Notes under the pieces: model-generated | Database searches by the model: none | Told to the model about the DNA's origin: nothing | The model's input: only the letters and a program-made list of their open reading frames with translations | NCBI GenBank assembly: GCA_001643675.2 | Contig: LSRY02000012.1 | Span: forward strand, 744,001-808,000 | Length of the DNA: 64,000 nt | Direction of reading: 5' to 3' | DNA from: Monocercomonoides exilis PA203 | Taxonomy: Eukaryota > Protista > Preaxostyla | Program-made: the position numbers and the translations under genes | Part shown: positions 11,612 to 24,415 of the stretch, piece by piece | Position numbering within the stretch: position 1 is the first letter of the stretch | Layout of the letters: every line of letters begins with the position of its first letter

Positions 11612-11935
11612 AAGTGTTCATTATGGTGGACAATTTCAATAACTATATACAGTATAATTATCTTAACAACTATAGGTAATTTCATTATTTCAATAAACCC
11701 AATTATTCCCTAAATTCGAATAAATACAGATATCGCATTAAATACCGGACATGGCATAGAATACCGGACAAGATCTATTTCACAATAACTGCAAGAGGAA
11801 TAATTCTGACAATTTTCAACAATACATATCTTATCAATACAAACTCGTAAGATAAACGAGACTTTCAAAATAGCTTCATTTGTGCTCAGAGAAAATTATT
11901 ATAAAAATCTCAGAGAAAAAAGATTATGAGTTTCT
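11612..11935 (+). repeat. Two abutting pogo-like TIR/MITE arm fragments
   Basis: 11612-11720 resembles the arms of the 53007-53409 MITE. 11727-11935 (CAGATATCGCATTAAATACCGGACA...) resembles the arms of the 50458-50815 foldback. Confidence 0.7.
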
Positions 11936-14109
11936 TATCAACTACGTTAAATATCTGAAAAAACAGAAATGAAAAAAGTGGATGAGCTGGAAAAATTGAA
12001 GAAATTGAAGTAATTGTTTGCAGCAAGCGAAAATACAAAAAAGGCTTTGACATCATGTATTTATTTTGCGGTCATTCATAATAATTTATTCACTTCGAAT
12101 GTTGCTATTTTTTGAATTGGGAAAGTTGAAATTATAATGTGAATATTTTGAACTTTCGAACGAAAAGGCGAAGAAGAATAAAGAAAAAAATTTGAAATCA
12201 TTGAGTCAAATCGAAAAAAAGAAAGATTAATCCCAATAATACAATATCGAATAAAAGAGGGAACAATAATTATCAGCGATGAGTAAAAAGCATCTTCTTG
12301 CTTGGGAGAAATGGTATTCACCAATCAAACCATCAACCTCAAACGCAATTTCTTTGACTCATTCACAAAAAATTATTCAAATACAATCAAAAAAATATGG
12401 GCACGAGTGAGGTCTTTTTTCCCTCAATACAAAGTCAAAAAGCGATTCAAACTGGTGTGCTTGCATTGAATTATGAAAAACAATCAGGCTTTCTCTCCTC
12501 AGAGAATTCACAGAAAAAATGAAAAATTTTCAATCGGAAGACGAATTTGAATCACATATTGATATTGATAATGATGATGAAAACTTGATCTTTGCGATGA
12601 GACAAGAGAAAATAAAAGCAATGACAAAAAGACCGACAAAATACTTATTATTTGTCAAAAATGGTTGTTCATAACGAGTTCAATTCTTCACAACCATAAT
12701 TATTTATTTGAATATCGAAATCAAACAATTCTCATTATTTTGAAGAAATGAAATTTTCAATAAAAATAATCCAGCTCCCAATATTTTTTTTATTTGACAC
12801 GAAATGTCAGTTGAGGAATTTTTTTGTTACAATTTGTCATTGAAAGTCGCCAACCGTCAAGGACAAACGAGAAAAAGACAGACATTTCTGATTCTGTCAT
12901 CTAATTTTTTCCAAAGCTTTTTGAAAGTTTTTTTTTTTAGAACATTATTTCTTTGTTTATTTTATTTTATTTTATATTTAATAATTTTGTTTTATTTTAT
13001 TGTTTGTGACGGACAAATGGTTTATTACTTGTCATGTTACAGAGGTTTATTCGCAACAATCGAAAATGCTGTTTTTCAAACAAGCATGTTCAACAAAACA
13101 AAAGAAGGAATATAATTCGTTCGGAATTTTGTTCAGCCCCATTTTTTTTTTGAATATTTCAAGTTATTGAATAGTTTTTCAACATGTTTAACTTTATTTT
13201 ATTGGATGAAGAATGATGTGAAAGAAGTGGTTTGGAACAAATCTTGGAGTTTTTCATCCAAAAAGCTGAAAATTAACTACACAAATGAAATAAGCATTTT
13301 GTGAATAATTTTTCGTTTGAAAGATCCTATTCAAAAAACTTTGTTTGATAATTAGAATAATATCCATTTCTGAAACATTTTTTTCACGTTTTATAAACAC
13401 CCATCAGAAATAAAAATTATTTCTTTCGATTTCAACTATGGAAACTTCGAGCTGTTCGAATCTAACATATTTCATCGGTTTGATGATTCATTTGATATCA
13501 AAAACGAAGAATGTGAATTATTGCACAAGCAAAATAAAACAAATGGAAAAGAAGCATTCATAAGTTTTGCTTGAAATGATGAGTTTCAGCATTGAAAGTT
13601 TTGCAGACAACACAGCAAACACATCCATGCGAAAGCAAAAACAAAAGAAGAATAAATACAAAACAAATGTTGAAATGAGTATTACTCACCCTAAAGCATA
13701 CATAAATATTAACATATCCTAACTTTGAAAAACAGTGTCAATTCATTCTCCACCGAAAAATTCGAAAACCCACTGAATTCAAAAGTCAAAAATATAAAGT
13801 TTCAATGAAAATAAAGACAAACACGAAACAAAGTGAAATTTACTGGAAATAATAATACAGAAAATAACAAGTTTCTTATTTACAGCGATCTTCAAGGGAG
13901 AACATCTCAGCAAAAATGAAAACAATACATACAAAACGAAGCAAAAGAATAAAATTTGAAATACATATAGGTGATAATTTTTGAAATCATAACTTTTTTC
14001 GGGGTGTTTCTAATTCCAAAATTTTGTTTCTTGGAAGAGGAATTATTCTTTTGAAGGAAAAAATACCATAATAATTTATTCAAAAAAAAAACGATATTCG
14101 AGAACATAT

Positions 14110-14377
14110 GGGGCAAAATATTTTGCTTCAAGTATTTTCAGAAAAAAATTATGAACATTTCATTGACTTTTTGTGGTCAAAAAACACAAAAAAAATGAGA
14201 CCATTTTTTGACATTCGTAAAATGTTGGAAAACTTTATATTTTGATTTCAACGATATCTGTTTACGGATATGAAAATCAAATTTGTTTTGAAATCTGAGA
14301 AAGCGAAATAAAATCATGAGTGAAGCAATTTTTCTATACCTCGTGCATAAAAAGCTTGAAGGTCCGTATTTTCCCCC
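14110..14377 (-). mobile_element. MITE family A, copy 2
   Basis: GGGG...CCCCC termini with a perfect 4-bp TSD, ATAT (14106-14109 and 14378-14381). Confidence 0.9.
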
Positions 14378-15221
14378 ATATTTTAAAAGACAATCTTTTG
14401 AGCTACTATTACTTTTCAATATCGATTAATCTGCATTTTAAGAAAAGACTCAGACCGAAAATTTTGATAGAAAAAATATGAATTCAAAAATAATAACCCA
14501 TATCGAAAACAAAAATTTGAAACATCCAGAATATGTTGAAGAAATTTTTTCAAATGACTGTTGTTAATCCCCATCTGTTGCTTGAAAGTACAAAAAGCAT
14601 TCATATATATACATACAAATACAAATTCACACACACATGCAAATCTCATTTTCTTTTGTTTCAATCATTCATTCTGGTTAATACTCCACAAGAACCACTT
14701 GGCATGAAAAGTTTTCTCTGCTCTCATGTCATCGTCCTTCAAAACACACTGAAATACTCAGACACTGCACTCTCACCTTTAGGCTCTGCCTCAACACAAA
14801 TTGCATCAGTCATCGTCATCAATGCTGCGCCTTCCGGAAACCCCTAAAAAATCACACGTTTCATACCAATGCGGCGAGATATAATCTAATTGACAGACGA
14901 GTTGAGCAAAAATGCAAATAGCTTTTGAAAAGCACTCTTTTTCTAATTATTTTAAAATTATTGTTATTTGGCGAAACTTCGTCTGTCATGTTCAGTTTTA
15001 AAAATGTTAAAAATAAAAAAAAATGGGTGAGATAATCAATTTTATATTTATAATTCCGTATCTCTTTATATAGCTTACAAAAATTAATGAACTCTGCTGT
15101 CTGTATGTTAATTTTTGTTGTTTATTTGTTTTTATCAATCTTTATTAAAAATATTTTATTTTTAGTGGGTTAATTTCTATCATTATTAAAGCACTTTCAT
15201 TATCACCATGCACCGATTAAT

Positions 15222-15900
15222 ATGGAAAGTGAAATGTTGAATATGCTTAAATATTTGTCAAATAGATATTTGAGGTGTGCTGTAATTTTTTCTGTTTGTT
15301 ATTTTGATTTTTTTTATTGAAGAAACAATATTTCGTATGACGATTTCGGAGCAGAAGAGAATTGAATCAAATTAATGAAAAAATGAATTTAATGATTGAT
15401 GCAATTTGCCGAAACAAATTCATTGTTATTTGCGATCAAAGCTGAGTTAACAGAAACAGCGTTGTGATTGAAATGATTAAATCTTCTGTTGAACGTTTTC
15501 TGTTTATATTGAAATAGGCTTGAAAATGGAAAGAGATGAAAAATGAATGCACACATTCAATTTGCAATTCGTTGTTGAAAAAAGTTTCGAGCATAAATTC
15601 GTTGATAAGAAAGATAGATGCTAAGAATTAATAACTGACAAACGACATTCGCATTTTCTTTGAATACATAAACTAATTCATCATTTCAGCCAAATTGCTA
15701 GAAATTTGATTTTTCAAATAGCTGCTTTAAACATTGCAGAAATCGAAGTTGTACTGATAATTAATCCGAAACAAAAGCAACAGATGACATAGCAATATCA
15801 TCATTTTTTTTGTTTGTTTCTCCAATGAGATAATTTCAGTGAATGCTTTTATTTTACAAATATATTTTCAAACGAGATGGTACAACTGAGAAATCAAATA
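15222..15900 (+). pseudogene. Decayed fragment of the FSELEHC helical gene family (left cargo)
   Basis: Interrupted frames (INEKMNLMIDAICRNKF...; AEIEVVLII) align loosely with the N-terminal half of the 34305-35626 protein. Boundaries are approximate. Confidence 0.45.
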
Positions 15901-15959
15901 CATAAAAATTATTCAAACTTTTGTTTTTACAGCTATGAAACATAATTAAAAATGAAAAC

Positions 15960-17225
15960 TGGAACTCATTTAATTGTTAATAAAGCGATTCTGAAATTTT
16001 ACATCTAAAAATGATTTTTTTCCGATGAAACATTCAAAAACAAAAAGTGATTTAGAATTTGTTCTTGATCAATGGATTTCAAAAACATGTCATCAAAGGA
16101 ATTAATGAAATCTCCAGCATTCAATAAGTCTCAATCTCTATCGTCTCTGCTTCTCGTTGCAGTTTTTATGAAATAAAAACATGCACTGATTATATCTCTG
16201 TTGCTGTCCTTTTTTGCTTGAATAGTCTGAACATCGTTTCCAACTTGTCCATTATTCTTATTATTCTACAATCAAGCGAAGAAAATTCGAAAAGCTTTTA
16301 TTTGGATCCATCAAATGATCGTTTTTGCTTCATTCCATTTTCCTTTTCTCTTCAAATCAACTTTTTTAGATCATTTTCTCTTTCTGAATCTTGAACAATA
16401 TGCATCACATTCACAATGACTTCTTTAAAGCTTTTGTCAGAGTCAAATCTGTAAAATGATAAACGGCAAACAGATTGATATTTCAGTGTTGAAAGATTTC
16501 TATTTTCCTGATGATATTAACTGATTTTTTTGTATTTATTCATGTTTAATTCTTTTGATTCTCTCTTAAAAAACGATTGAGAAAAAATATTTGAAATATC
16601 AAAAACGAATGGAAATGCTTGCACTTGTTATATAATGATGTGACTCAATTCGAATAAAACTACCTGCACTTCCTTTAAAACTTCATCGGTTATCTCTTTG
16701 TTAAGCATCTTTTTGAAAACAAAGCACATAAATGCAAAAGACTTCCTCTGCTGAATCGTCATCACACAGTCAATGATATTTTTTTTATAAAGATCAATCG
16801 AAGTTTTTCATCCATTCCTTTTTCGATTTTCATTTTCTTTAATAATCATATCCTGTATCCTTTTGTTCAATGAAGATTTTCCAAAGCTGTCGATTCACAA
16901 ACTTTTCAATGCTTTGCAATATCAAATGTCCTTCTGCAAAGCAGCAGCTTTCTTCAATGATATTTTCTTTTTGTCGAGCATTCTGAAATTTTCTTTGAAA
17001 AGTTACAACCTTTGAAGCGGTGTTGAGTTCATTTCTAATCATTATTAGAATACTTTCCATCAAACTTATTAACATTACATAAAGCTCAAAAAACACAAAG
17101 CCCAACAAATTATAAATAATGTGTATTCTATCATAAATATCCAAATAACAAACAGAAAAAATTACAGCACACCTCAAATATCTATTTGACAAATATTTAA
17201 GCATATTCAACATTTCACTTTCCAT
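15960..17225 (-). pseudogene. Decayed copy of the FSELEHC helical gene family (right cargo)
   Basis: YHQENRNLSTLKYQSVCRLSFYRFDSDKSFKEVIVNVMH aligns with YHQKHRNMSRLAYQLSWNFLINRFYADRSMESVVMNELH in the 34305 ORF. KEITDEVLKEVQVVL aligns with KEESEETQKEAEISL. Many stops. Confidence 0.75.
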
Positions 17226-18272
17226 ATTAATCGGTGCAGGGTGATAATGAAAGTGCTTTAATAATGATAGAAATTAACCCACTAAAAATAAAATATTTTT
17301 AATAAAGATTGATAAAAACAAATAAACAACAAAAATTAACATACAGACAGCAGAGTTCATTAATTTTTGTAAGCTATATAAAGAGATACGGAATTATAAA
17401 TATAAAATTGATTATCTCACCCATTTTTTTTTATTTTTAACATTTTTAAAACTGAACATGACAGACGAAGTTTCGCCAAATAACAATAATTTTAAAATAA
17501 TTAGAAAAAGAGTGCTTTTCAAAAGCTATTTGCATTTTTGCTCAACTCGTCTGTCAATTAGATTATATCTCGCCTTTTTTGGCAATCGCATCATATCTTT
17601 GATATGCAGCAAATAACTTTCGCTTTATTAGAAGGCTTCAACAGATGGCAAGCCATTTTGCAGCATTAACCATGAAAAGTTGACAGCGAACGTATCCTGA
17701 AAAAGCAGTGAACTTTTTATAAAACTGTAAATTACTCAATATCATATGAAACGATTCTGAATAAAACATGAAAATCAAGCATTCTGCATTCGAAAAATCT
17801 TCTAACATTTTCATTAGGATTCACATATATGAGATTAAGAAAAAAAACTCAAATGATTTTCCTGGAATTTTATCGAAAATAAATGATGTTTGATAAATAG
17901 ATTCCAATGTCAAATCACGCACAAATAATCATTTTGAGAATATTACAAGCAATGGAATTGTTTTTGATTTTCATGGTTATTTTCGAGAGACTCCCAATAT
18001 TTGTTACGCTTTTTCTGAGTTAATGATTGTAAAAACTTTTCCACTTTACGGCAAAGTATTTTTCGGTTCATCGCATTCAAGTGATGAGATGCAAGACATA
18101 ATGTTTGTGATTTTATTTTTTTGTCAATACGAAAATTTATTTTCATCGCGATTGATAGATTTGTTCAGAGTAGTGAAAATTCATCTCAATCAGGACAAAC
18201 TGAAATTAATGCGAAAGAAAACTGTTTAATAATTGAATCAAATGAATAGGTCCGCATTCTTCAGAAGAATCG

Positions 18273-18790
18273 ATGATTTTTTCTCCAATAAAACGGAAAA
18301 ATGCTGCGATTCATCAAGATCATGATTCTCTAACTGAAAGAAGGGTGAATTCAATAGACAGCGAAAAAACGTGTTCTTCTCCATTTTTCAAATCTTCTCC
18401 AACATCTTCGCAGGTTTTGAATTTTGAAAGAAATTCTCAAATCCCAGATTTTCAAATCATATCATCGAAATCAAGAAAGAGACAGAAAAAGAGTAACCAA
18501 CCTGATTTTGAATCGTCATGAAAGAAAAAAGATACACAAATTTCCAGTTAAGAAGAGCAAACTTTATGTTCAGATGAAAGTGAAGATGAAGAAGAACATT
18601 ACGGCTTATTGTTTGATGGATTTCTAAAAGAAAAAGAGGATGAACATCTTCGAATTTCAAAAGAAACAGTTATCGAATTGATAAATTTGTTTTCATCTCA
18701 CATAAGCAAAGTTCCGAAAAGAGGGCAAAAGAAAATTCTTTCCATTCACGATCAATTGGTTGTTTTCTTAGAATGGTTATCAAGCAAAAC
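18273..18790 (+). pseudogene. Harbinger/ISL2EU-type (DDE_Tnp_4) transposase, 5' part, interrupted by the Merlin element
   Basis: LRISKETVIELI...LSIHDQLVVFLEWLSSK is an HTH_Tnp_4-like motif. The frame resumes at 28717 once the insertion and one TSD copy are removed. Confidence 0.8.
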
Positions 18791-19482
18791 GGCATAGGTG
18801 TATTTAAGGTCCTTTTCCAATTCTTGATTATTCTTTTAAACATTATGATAAATAAAAAGTAGAATTAATAATAAAACATTTGTATGGACTGGAATTTTGA
18901 AATTCTTTTTGATCCTTGAGAAAAAACTAATTTTTAAAATGACCCATAAATATGAGTATTTTTTTCAAAATTTTAATAAAAATTGATAATTTTGAAACAA
19001 AAAATAGATGAAATGTTATTAATTGTAATATTGTTCAATTTAAATAATAAAAATTTGATTAATAAAACAAAACAAAACAAATAAATAAATAAAAATATTT
19101 TGTTCAATCTTTCCATTATATTTTAAATATCCAGAAAATAAGAAATTTGTTTCTTTCGTCAAGAATTGAACCCCAGCTTGTAAATCTGAGACAAATCAAA
19201 TGTTTAGAAATATTATTAAAGTGTGCAATTAAAGATTATAAAAATTTCATTCTATCCTTAATGAATTTTGTTTATGATTTTTAAGCTGATCAATTTTGTG
19301 CAGTTTGAGGATATTAATGTTATGCCGTGATGATCTTGAATTAAGAAACGCTGGTGAGGCCAACAAAGTTTGAATTTCATATGAATTAACTTATTTGTAG
19401 AATATTTTAACGATTTTCATTATATTTTTATTAATTTTCTTCTGAAATAAGAGAGAATGCAAAATGCAAGAAGATATTTATT
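18791..19482 (+). repeat. Left TIR of the Merlin element (~692 bp)
   Basis: Near-identical reverse complement of 28016-28708 apart from a diverged block at about 19005-19115. Confidence 0.92.
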
Positions 19483-21750
19483 TAAGCAACAACAACTGCA
19501 CAAGAAAAGGAGAAGAAGTATATTTGGTAGCAAAAAAGAGGAGATTCGAATCTAGATTTGTGGGAATGAAGTTCAATGCAAACGCAACAAAATGGGAAAC
19601 TATATTTACATTGAATACATCAACATCACATCCCAGATCAATATGCGCTAAGCATGAAGTCCTTGATCTTATCATGTGGACATCTTCAATGTATGAAATA
19701 CATATTTAATGTTTTATTAACAAAGTATATTGCTCAAATTTCAGAAATAACAACAACCAGTTGAAGTTTCACATTCAAGAGATGCAGTTTGGCAGAGCGT
19801 TCATTTGGTGAATCTTCATGGTGATGGCTTCTTCTGTTTTGTGTGAAAGCAGCAACTTAACAAATATTGTGAACATAGGAAGCGGTGAAGGAGGTGTTGC
19901 AAGTGTGACATTAAGAAATGAAGAAGATTTGATCATTAATTCAACAAATGCATCATCTTGTTCACTTTCATCAGGCAATGGAAAAGGAGGGTTTTTGTAT
20001 TTGGAATGTCAAAATTGTTTGGATGAAAAACCATTTATTTTTGATGTGAGTGTCACTTTTGAGAACAGCAATGCAGTCATAGGAAAGAATGTGTTCATTT
20101 TGGGAAAGGATTTTAATTTTTCTGTTACGACTTTAGCATTCAGATATGATTACTCATCAATGACAGGCGATAACAATTTGTTTGTAGGAAGTGATAGTTA
20201 TCATTCGAATAAAGATTTGTTCATGTTCCTCGTTCCATACAACTCAATGGAGATATTTATTTCATCAGAAGGATTTGATGTTGCAAGATGTGGAAGTGAA
20301 GAAGAGCCGTGCTTCACAACGTGGAAAGGGATGAAAAACATGAAAAAGGAGGAGAATGCAACGATTAGTGTTAGGGTTGTGATGATTGTTGACTGTCAGA
20401 TTGGAGGTGAAGAAAGCAAGGAAGGAAGTGGATCTTTGGTGGTTGATATGTGGATGGTGAGCGTGAAATTCATGGAGATTCAGAAGGAGAGCGTATTTGT
20501 GAGAGGGACTGAGTTTTATGAAGGAGTGATTCTGAGGGAGGAGAAGGGGTAGTTGTTGGGGAGAAGTGGATAAAGATGGAAATGAGTGGGATCACGATAA
20601 AACGATGTAAGATAAGAATGGGGAGCGGGGTTGTTGCAAAACGAGGAAAGAGATTCAGAGTGTGATACGATCAAATGTTCTCACTGTGCGGATCTATAGA
20701 AGTGGATGGAGGGTCATTGAAGTGTGAGGTTGCAGAAGGAGGGGTGGTTGTTGTTGAGAGCAGCACATTTGAAGGATGCTCGGCAAAGGAAAATGAAGAG
20801 AAAGGAGGAGAGATATTCATAAATGCTGTTGGAGAGAGCTGCTAATATTGCTTTGTGGTGAAGGGGTGTGTGTTTGAGAGAAACAGGGCAGGGGAAGGGA
20901 CATATATGTTTGTGGCATGAGAGGATTTGAATGCAACAATCCTTCCGAAACGGTTTGAGATAAAGCTTGTGGGCGAAGATAGGGTGAGCAAAGTGGAGCT
21001 GTGAGGGAGGGATAATGGAAGATTTGCAAGGGAGAGTGTTGACTTGCTTCTGTTTCTGGTGAAGTCCAGCGGAGATGAGGTGCATGTGTCGGAAGGGAGC
21101 GGGATGGATGTTCTGGGGTGCGGGAAAGAGGAGATTGCATGTGGCACGCTTTGGTGTGGGATTGGACATCTGAAGGAAGAGAGTGGGCAAGAAGAGCAGA
21201 AGGTTGTGGTGAGCGACAGATGTGTGGTGAGTGACTGCTTTGTGTTTGAGCGAGGAACAATGATATGTGGGCCTGAGGCAGAAGAAGCAAAACAGGCGAA
21301 GATGAGTGTTGAATGGGAGCTGAAGAGCAATGGATGTGAAGCTGTGATGTGGAGTGGTGAGCACCTGAGTGTGGGGATGTTTGTGATAAGTCTTCCGCAG
21401 GTGTTTGGAAGTGGGCAAAGCATGGTTCTGGGAACAGAAGGTGGGGTGGTGAATGTGTTGAATGTGGGGTTTGAGTGGAGAGAGAGTGGGGTTGTTGCAT
21501 ACAGGATTGTGAGCACGCTGAATGGGATGCTGAATGTACAGAACTGCTCAGTCAGGGGAGCATCGTTTGAGAAGGTGCCATTTGCTGTGCATTCGAGTGT
21601 GGTTGTGGAGAGCTTTGAGGGGGATAGAGTTTGAGTTAAGTGAAGAGGAGAAGGTTGTGCTGAGAAGCACAAGAGAAAGAGGATGTAGTTGTTTTGAGAC
21701 ACAAAAAAGGAGGGTTTGTGAGTATGTGTGGAGGTTAGAGAGATAAAACA
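19464..21750 (+). pseudogene. Cargo pseudogene: beta-helix-like surface protein fragments, paralog of 24416-27919
   Basis: GKGGFLYL...GKNVFI...FISSEGFDVARCGSEEEPC and HVSEGSGMDVLGCGKEEIAC repeat motifs are shared with the 1167-aa protein. Broken by stops and frameshifts. Confidence 0.75.
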
Positions 21751-22290
21751 GTTTCAGGAAAGGAACATCAAAGAACGATGTTTGAAGAAGAACTGATTTG
21801 AGTTCGTATTTGTGAAAAAAATAGTGGATGAAAGTTGTGTTATAATAATCTGGGTTGTTTGATGAAGGGTGTGGAGTAAGAGAGTGATGTGGACACGGGT
21901 GAAAAGAAACTGGAAAAGAAAAAAGGAGAGGAAAGTTTGTGAAGTGAGAAGATGAGGCGAAACTTAATTTAATTAATGGTGAGATGATGGTTGTTTTGGG
22001 AAGAACTTGATTTCCAGTTTGTTTTCTGAAACAACAACAATCATGTTGTTTGAGAATGAGAAAATTGTGGTTGAGTGATTGTATTCAATCTGATTGTTAT
22101 TGCAATATGGATATTCAAATAGAATAATTGAATTTCAGTTCAATAAATGCAATTCCAACAATTAGCAAAGAATCTTTTCACATGTTTTGACAAATTTGAT
22201 GATAAACAAAAAAAGATAATTTGTAATTTAATTGCATTGTTTGAACATCGTTTAAAAGTGATGTGAAATAAAGTGTTGTGATAAATTTAT

Positions 22291-23856
22291 CTACAAACTA
22301 ATAGGATATTGCTCGGTTCCAATATTTGTTGATTTGATGAAACTTCTAAGAATTTTTCGATTTTGAATTGTATTTGTTTTTTCTTTTTCTTTTTTCTCCA
22401 TCTCCTCAATTGTTGTTTCCTTTTTTTCACAAAACAGTTTTGATTCAAGAATTAAAGTTTCAATCTGTTGATTCTCTGTAATTTTCACGAATCTACCATT
22501 TTTTGATCTGTTTCTAATATTTCTTTTTTTTCTAACAGTCTTTGTTTCAAAATCTGAGATGGTTTCTTCTTCTTCTTCTTTTTCTTCTTCTCCTTCCTCC
22601 ACTTCTTCCACTTCTTTCTTTTCTTTCTCTTCTTCCACTTCTTTCTCTTCTTTCTCTTCTTTCTCTTCTTTCTCTTCTTTCTCTTCTTTCTCTTCTTTCT
22701 CGTCTTCATCATCAATTTTTCTTCTTTTTAAAAATTCAGTTTTATTTGTTTCAATCAATTTCTTCGTTAACCTTTTTTTCTTAAGAACTTCATCCAGCTC
22801 AGTTTCATCGACCATTTCATAATCTCTTCTTTTTTTCATTTCCTCTTTTTTCAAATAATAAGATGATAATTTGAATTTTCTTTCTTTATTCAAAACACTT
22901 AACATATTTTCAGCACTATCGTTGTAAGCACGAAGAAAAACATCCAAATTTTTCTTATCAATCTTTGATAATTCTTTCATGAATGCAGTTGGAGAAAGTC
23001 GATTGTTGTATCTGTATTGAAACTCGTAAACATATTCCTTTGTCTTTAAATATGTTCTCCCTCGTTTTGGAATATGATTTTTCAAATGAGACCAGATGCT
23101 TTCAATAGTCTGCGTGTAAACTTTTGGATTTTCTGGTTTTACAAAATTAAGAGTGTGATTTACGCTGTCTATAGTGAAGCCATTTTCACTTACGCAATTA
23201 TACGCTGACCACTTATCAGACATTATTGTTGATGATCTTTCAATGTTTTTTTTTACGAAGTAGAAAATTGTATCTGCTTTTCTATCAGGAAGAAATTCAA
23301 CAATCAATCTTTGAGGTTTTCCTTTTTCCTTTCTTTCGATGACACCCCATAACCACTGCTGTTCTGTGCACCTCCCCACTCCGTTTTTTCTTTTGTGTAT
23401 TAAAGTTTCATCAATTTCAACAATACGATTATTACCAACTTTTTCCATTTTGCTCGTTTCAAAAAAGCAACATATTCTTCTCATCTTTTCATTAAATTTC
23501 ACAACAGTTTTGTTTGCAACATTCAGCTCGAAAGTGACTTCCTTTATTGAATGCTTGTACCAAAAATGATATAAAAGAGATACAATTTTCATTGGTGATA
23601 AGTGAAATTCCATGAATATAGAATTATAACTCCAACTAAAAATTTTTCCACATTTTGAACATTTGTAGGCATAGAAATCGTTTTCCTTTTTGTGTTGTTT
23701 CAGCTCCATCATTCTGTCGCATTTCCAACATTTCCTATTTTTTCTGATTAATCCGTATTTTGATAGCAATTCAACTGCAAGATGATTTTTATTGTTTGAT
23801 CGAATTAAAAACTCACTGAAAGTTGGTTCTTCTTCGAATATTTCGTTCTCGCTCAT
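22291..23856 (-). CDS. Merlin/ISXO2-like (DDE_Tnp_IS1595) transposase, 521 aa
   Basis: Zn ribbon CWKC..CSKC, HTH-like segment, VEIDET, TIMSDKWSAY, VNH, YTQTIESIWSHLK and YVYEFQYRYN. Intact ORF with an acidic/basic tail. Confidence 0.95.
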   Translation of the reverse strand: MSENEIFEEEPTFSEFLIRSNNKNHLAVELLSKYGLIRKNRKCWKCDRMMELKQHKKENDFYAYKCSKCGKIFSWSYNSIFMEFHLSPMKIVSLLYHFWYKHSIKEVTFELNVANKTVVKFNEKMRRICCFFETSKMEKVGNNRIVEIDETLIHKRKNGVGRCTEQQWLWGVIERKEKGKPQRLIVEFLPDRKADTIFYFVKKNIERSSTIMSDKWSAYNCVSENGFTIDSVNHTLNFVKPENPKVYTQTIESIWSHLKNHIPKRGRTYLKTKEYVYEFQYRYNNRLSPTAFMKELSKIDKKNLDVFLRAYNDSAENMLSVLNKERKFKLSSYYLKKEEMKKRRDYEMVDETELDEVLKKKRLTKKLIETNKTEFLKRRKIDDEDEKEEKEEKEEKEEKEEKEEKEVEEEKEKKEVEEVEEGEEEKEEEEETISDFETKTVRKKRNIRNRSKNGRFVKITENQQIETLILESKLFCEKKETTIEEMEKKEKEKTNTIQNRKILRSFIKSTNIGTEQYPISL

Positions 23857-24415
23857 GTTTTTGAAAAAATTGTTCTGTAAATGATCAAAAATTCAAATAT
23901 TAAGATAATTATAATGGAAAATTTTCAAAAAAAGATGTCCATTTGGAATTTGAATTTTTTATTAATCTTTGCATAAAATATTAATATTTTTATTTAAAAA
24001 TTTGCATAATTTTTTTCATGGCCTCAATACAAAAAAACGAAAAAAAAATAATCAAAAACCAACATGATCACAGCGTTGTCTTCACTCATGAAAACAATGA
24101 GAACATTATTTCAAAAGATTAATCCTGTGTGATTATTGTGTTCTTTTATTTAAAAGTTTGAATTTGTTTTCCATTTTGTTAAATTTCAATTGTTTATTCA
24201 CACATGCATTCTCAATTATTTTCAAATATACTTATATACATTTGAATTATGTTTTTCATAGCTTTATTTTATCGTTCTGGTCTTTTTCCACAAGTATGGA
24301 AAGGAAAGAACATTTTCTTATATCCCTTTTTCAATCAGCGCTCCACACATGTGAAAATGCTCAAGTCATGCATTCTCTCTTTAAGACTCTGTCTCAACCA
24401 TTTTTGAATGAATCA

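Larger units (their letters stand above)
14873..17574. mobile_element. Non-autonomous long-TIR element (432-bp TIRs) carrying two convergent host-gene pseudogenes
   Basis: 14873-15304 is the reverse complement of 17143-17574 (one mismatch seen). Termini GGCGAGATATAATCTAATTGACAG. No TSD visible. Confidence 0.8.

Noticed and set aside
11950-13900. Possible decayed transposase or gene fragments
   Set aside because: No motif could be recognised with confidence.
20714-21702. Three overlapping His/Pro/Ser-rich minus-strand ORFs
   Set aside because: Antisense shadows of the purine-rich plus-strand cargo pseudogene.
21956-24024. Possible private TIRs around the Merlin transposase (GGCGAAACTTAATTT at 21956; ATGGCC near 24020)
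   Set aside because: The two ends are not complementary beyond a few bases and there is no TSD. A nested origin is unsupported though not excluded.
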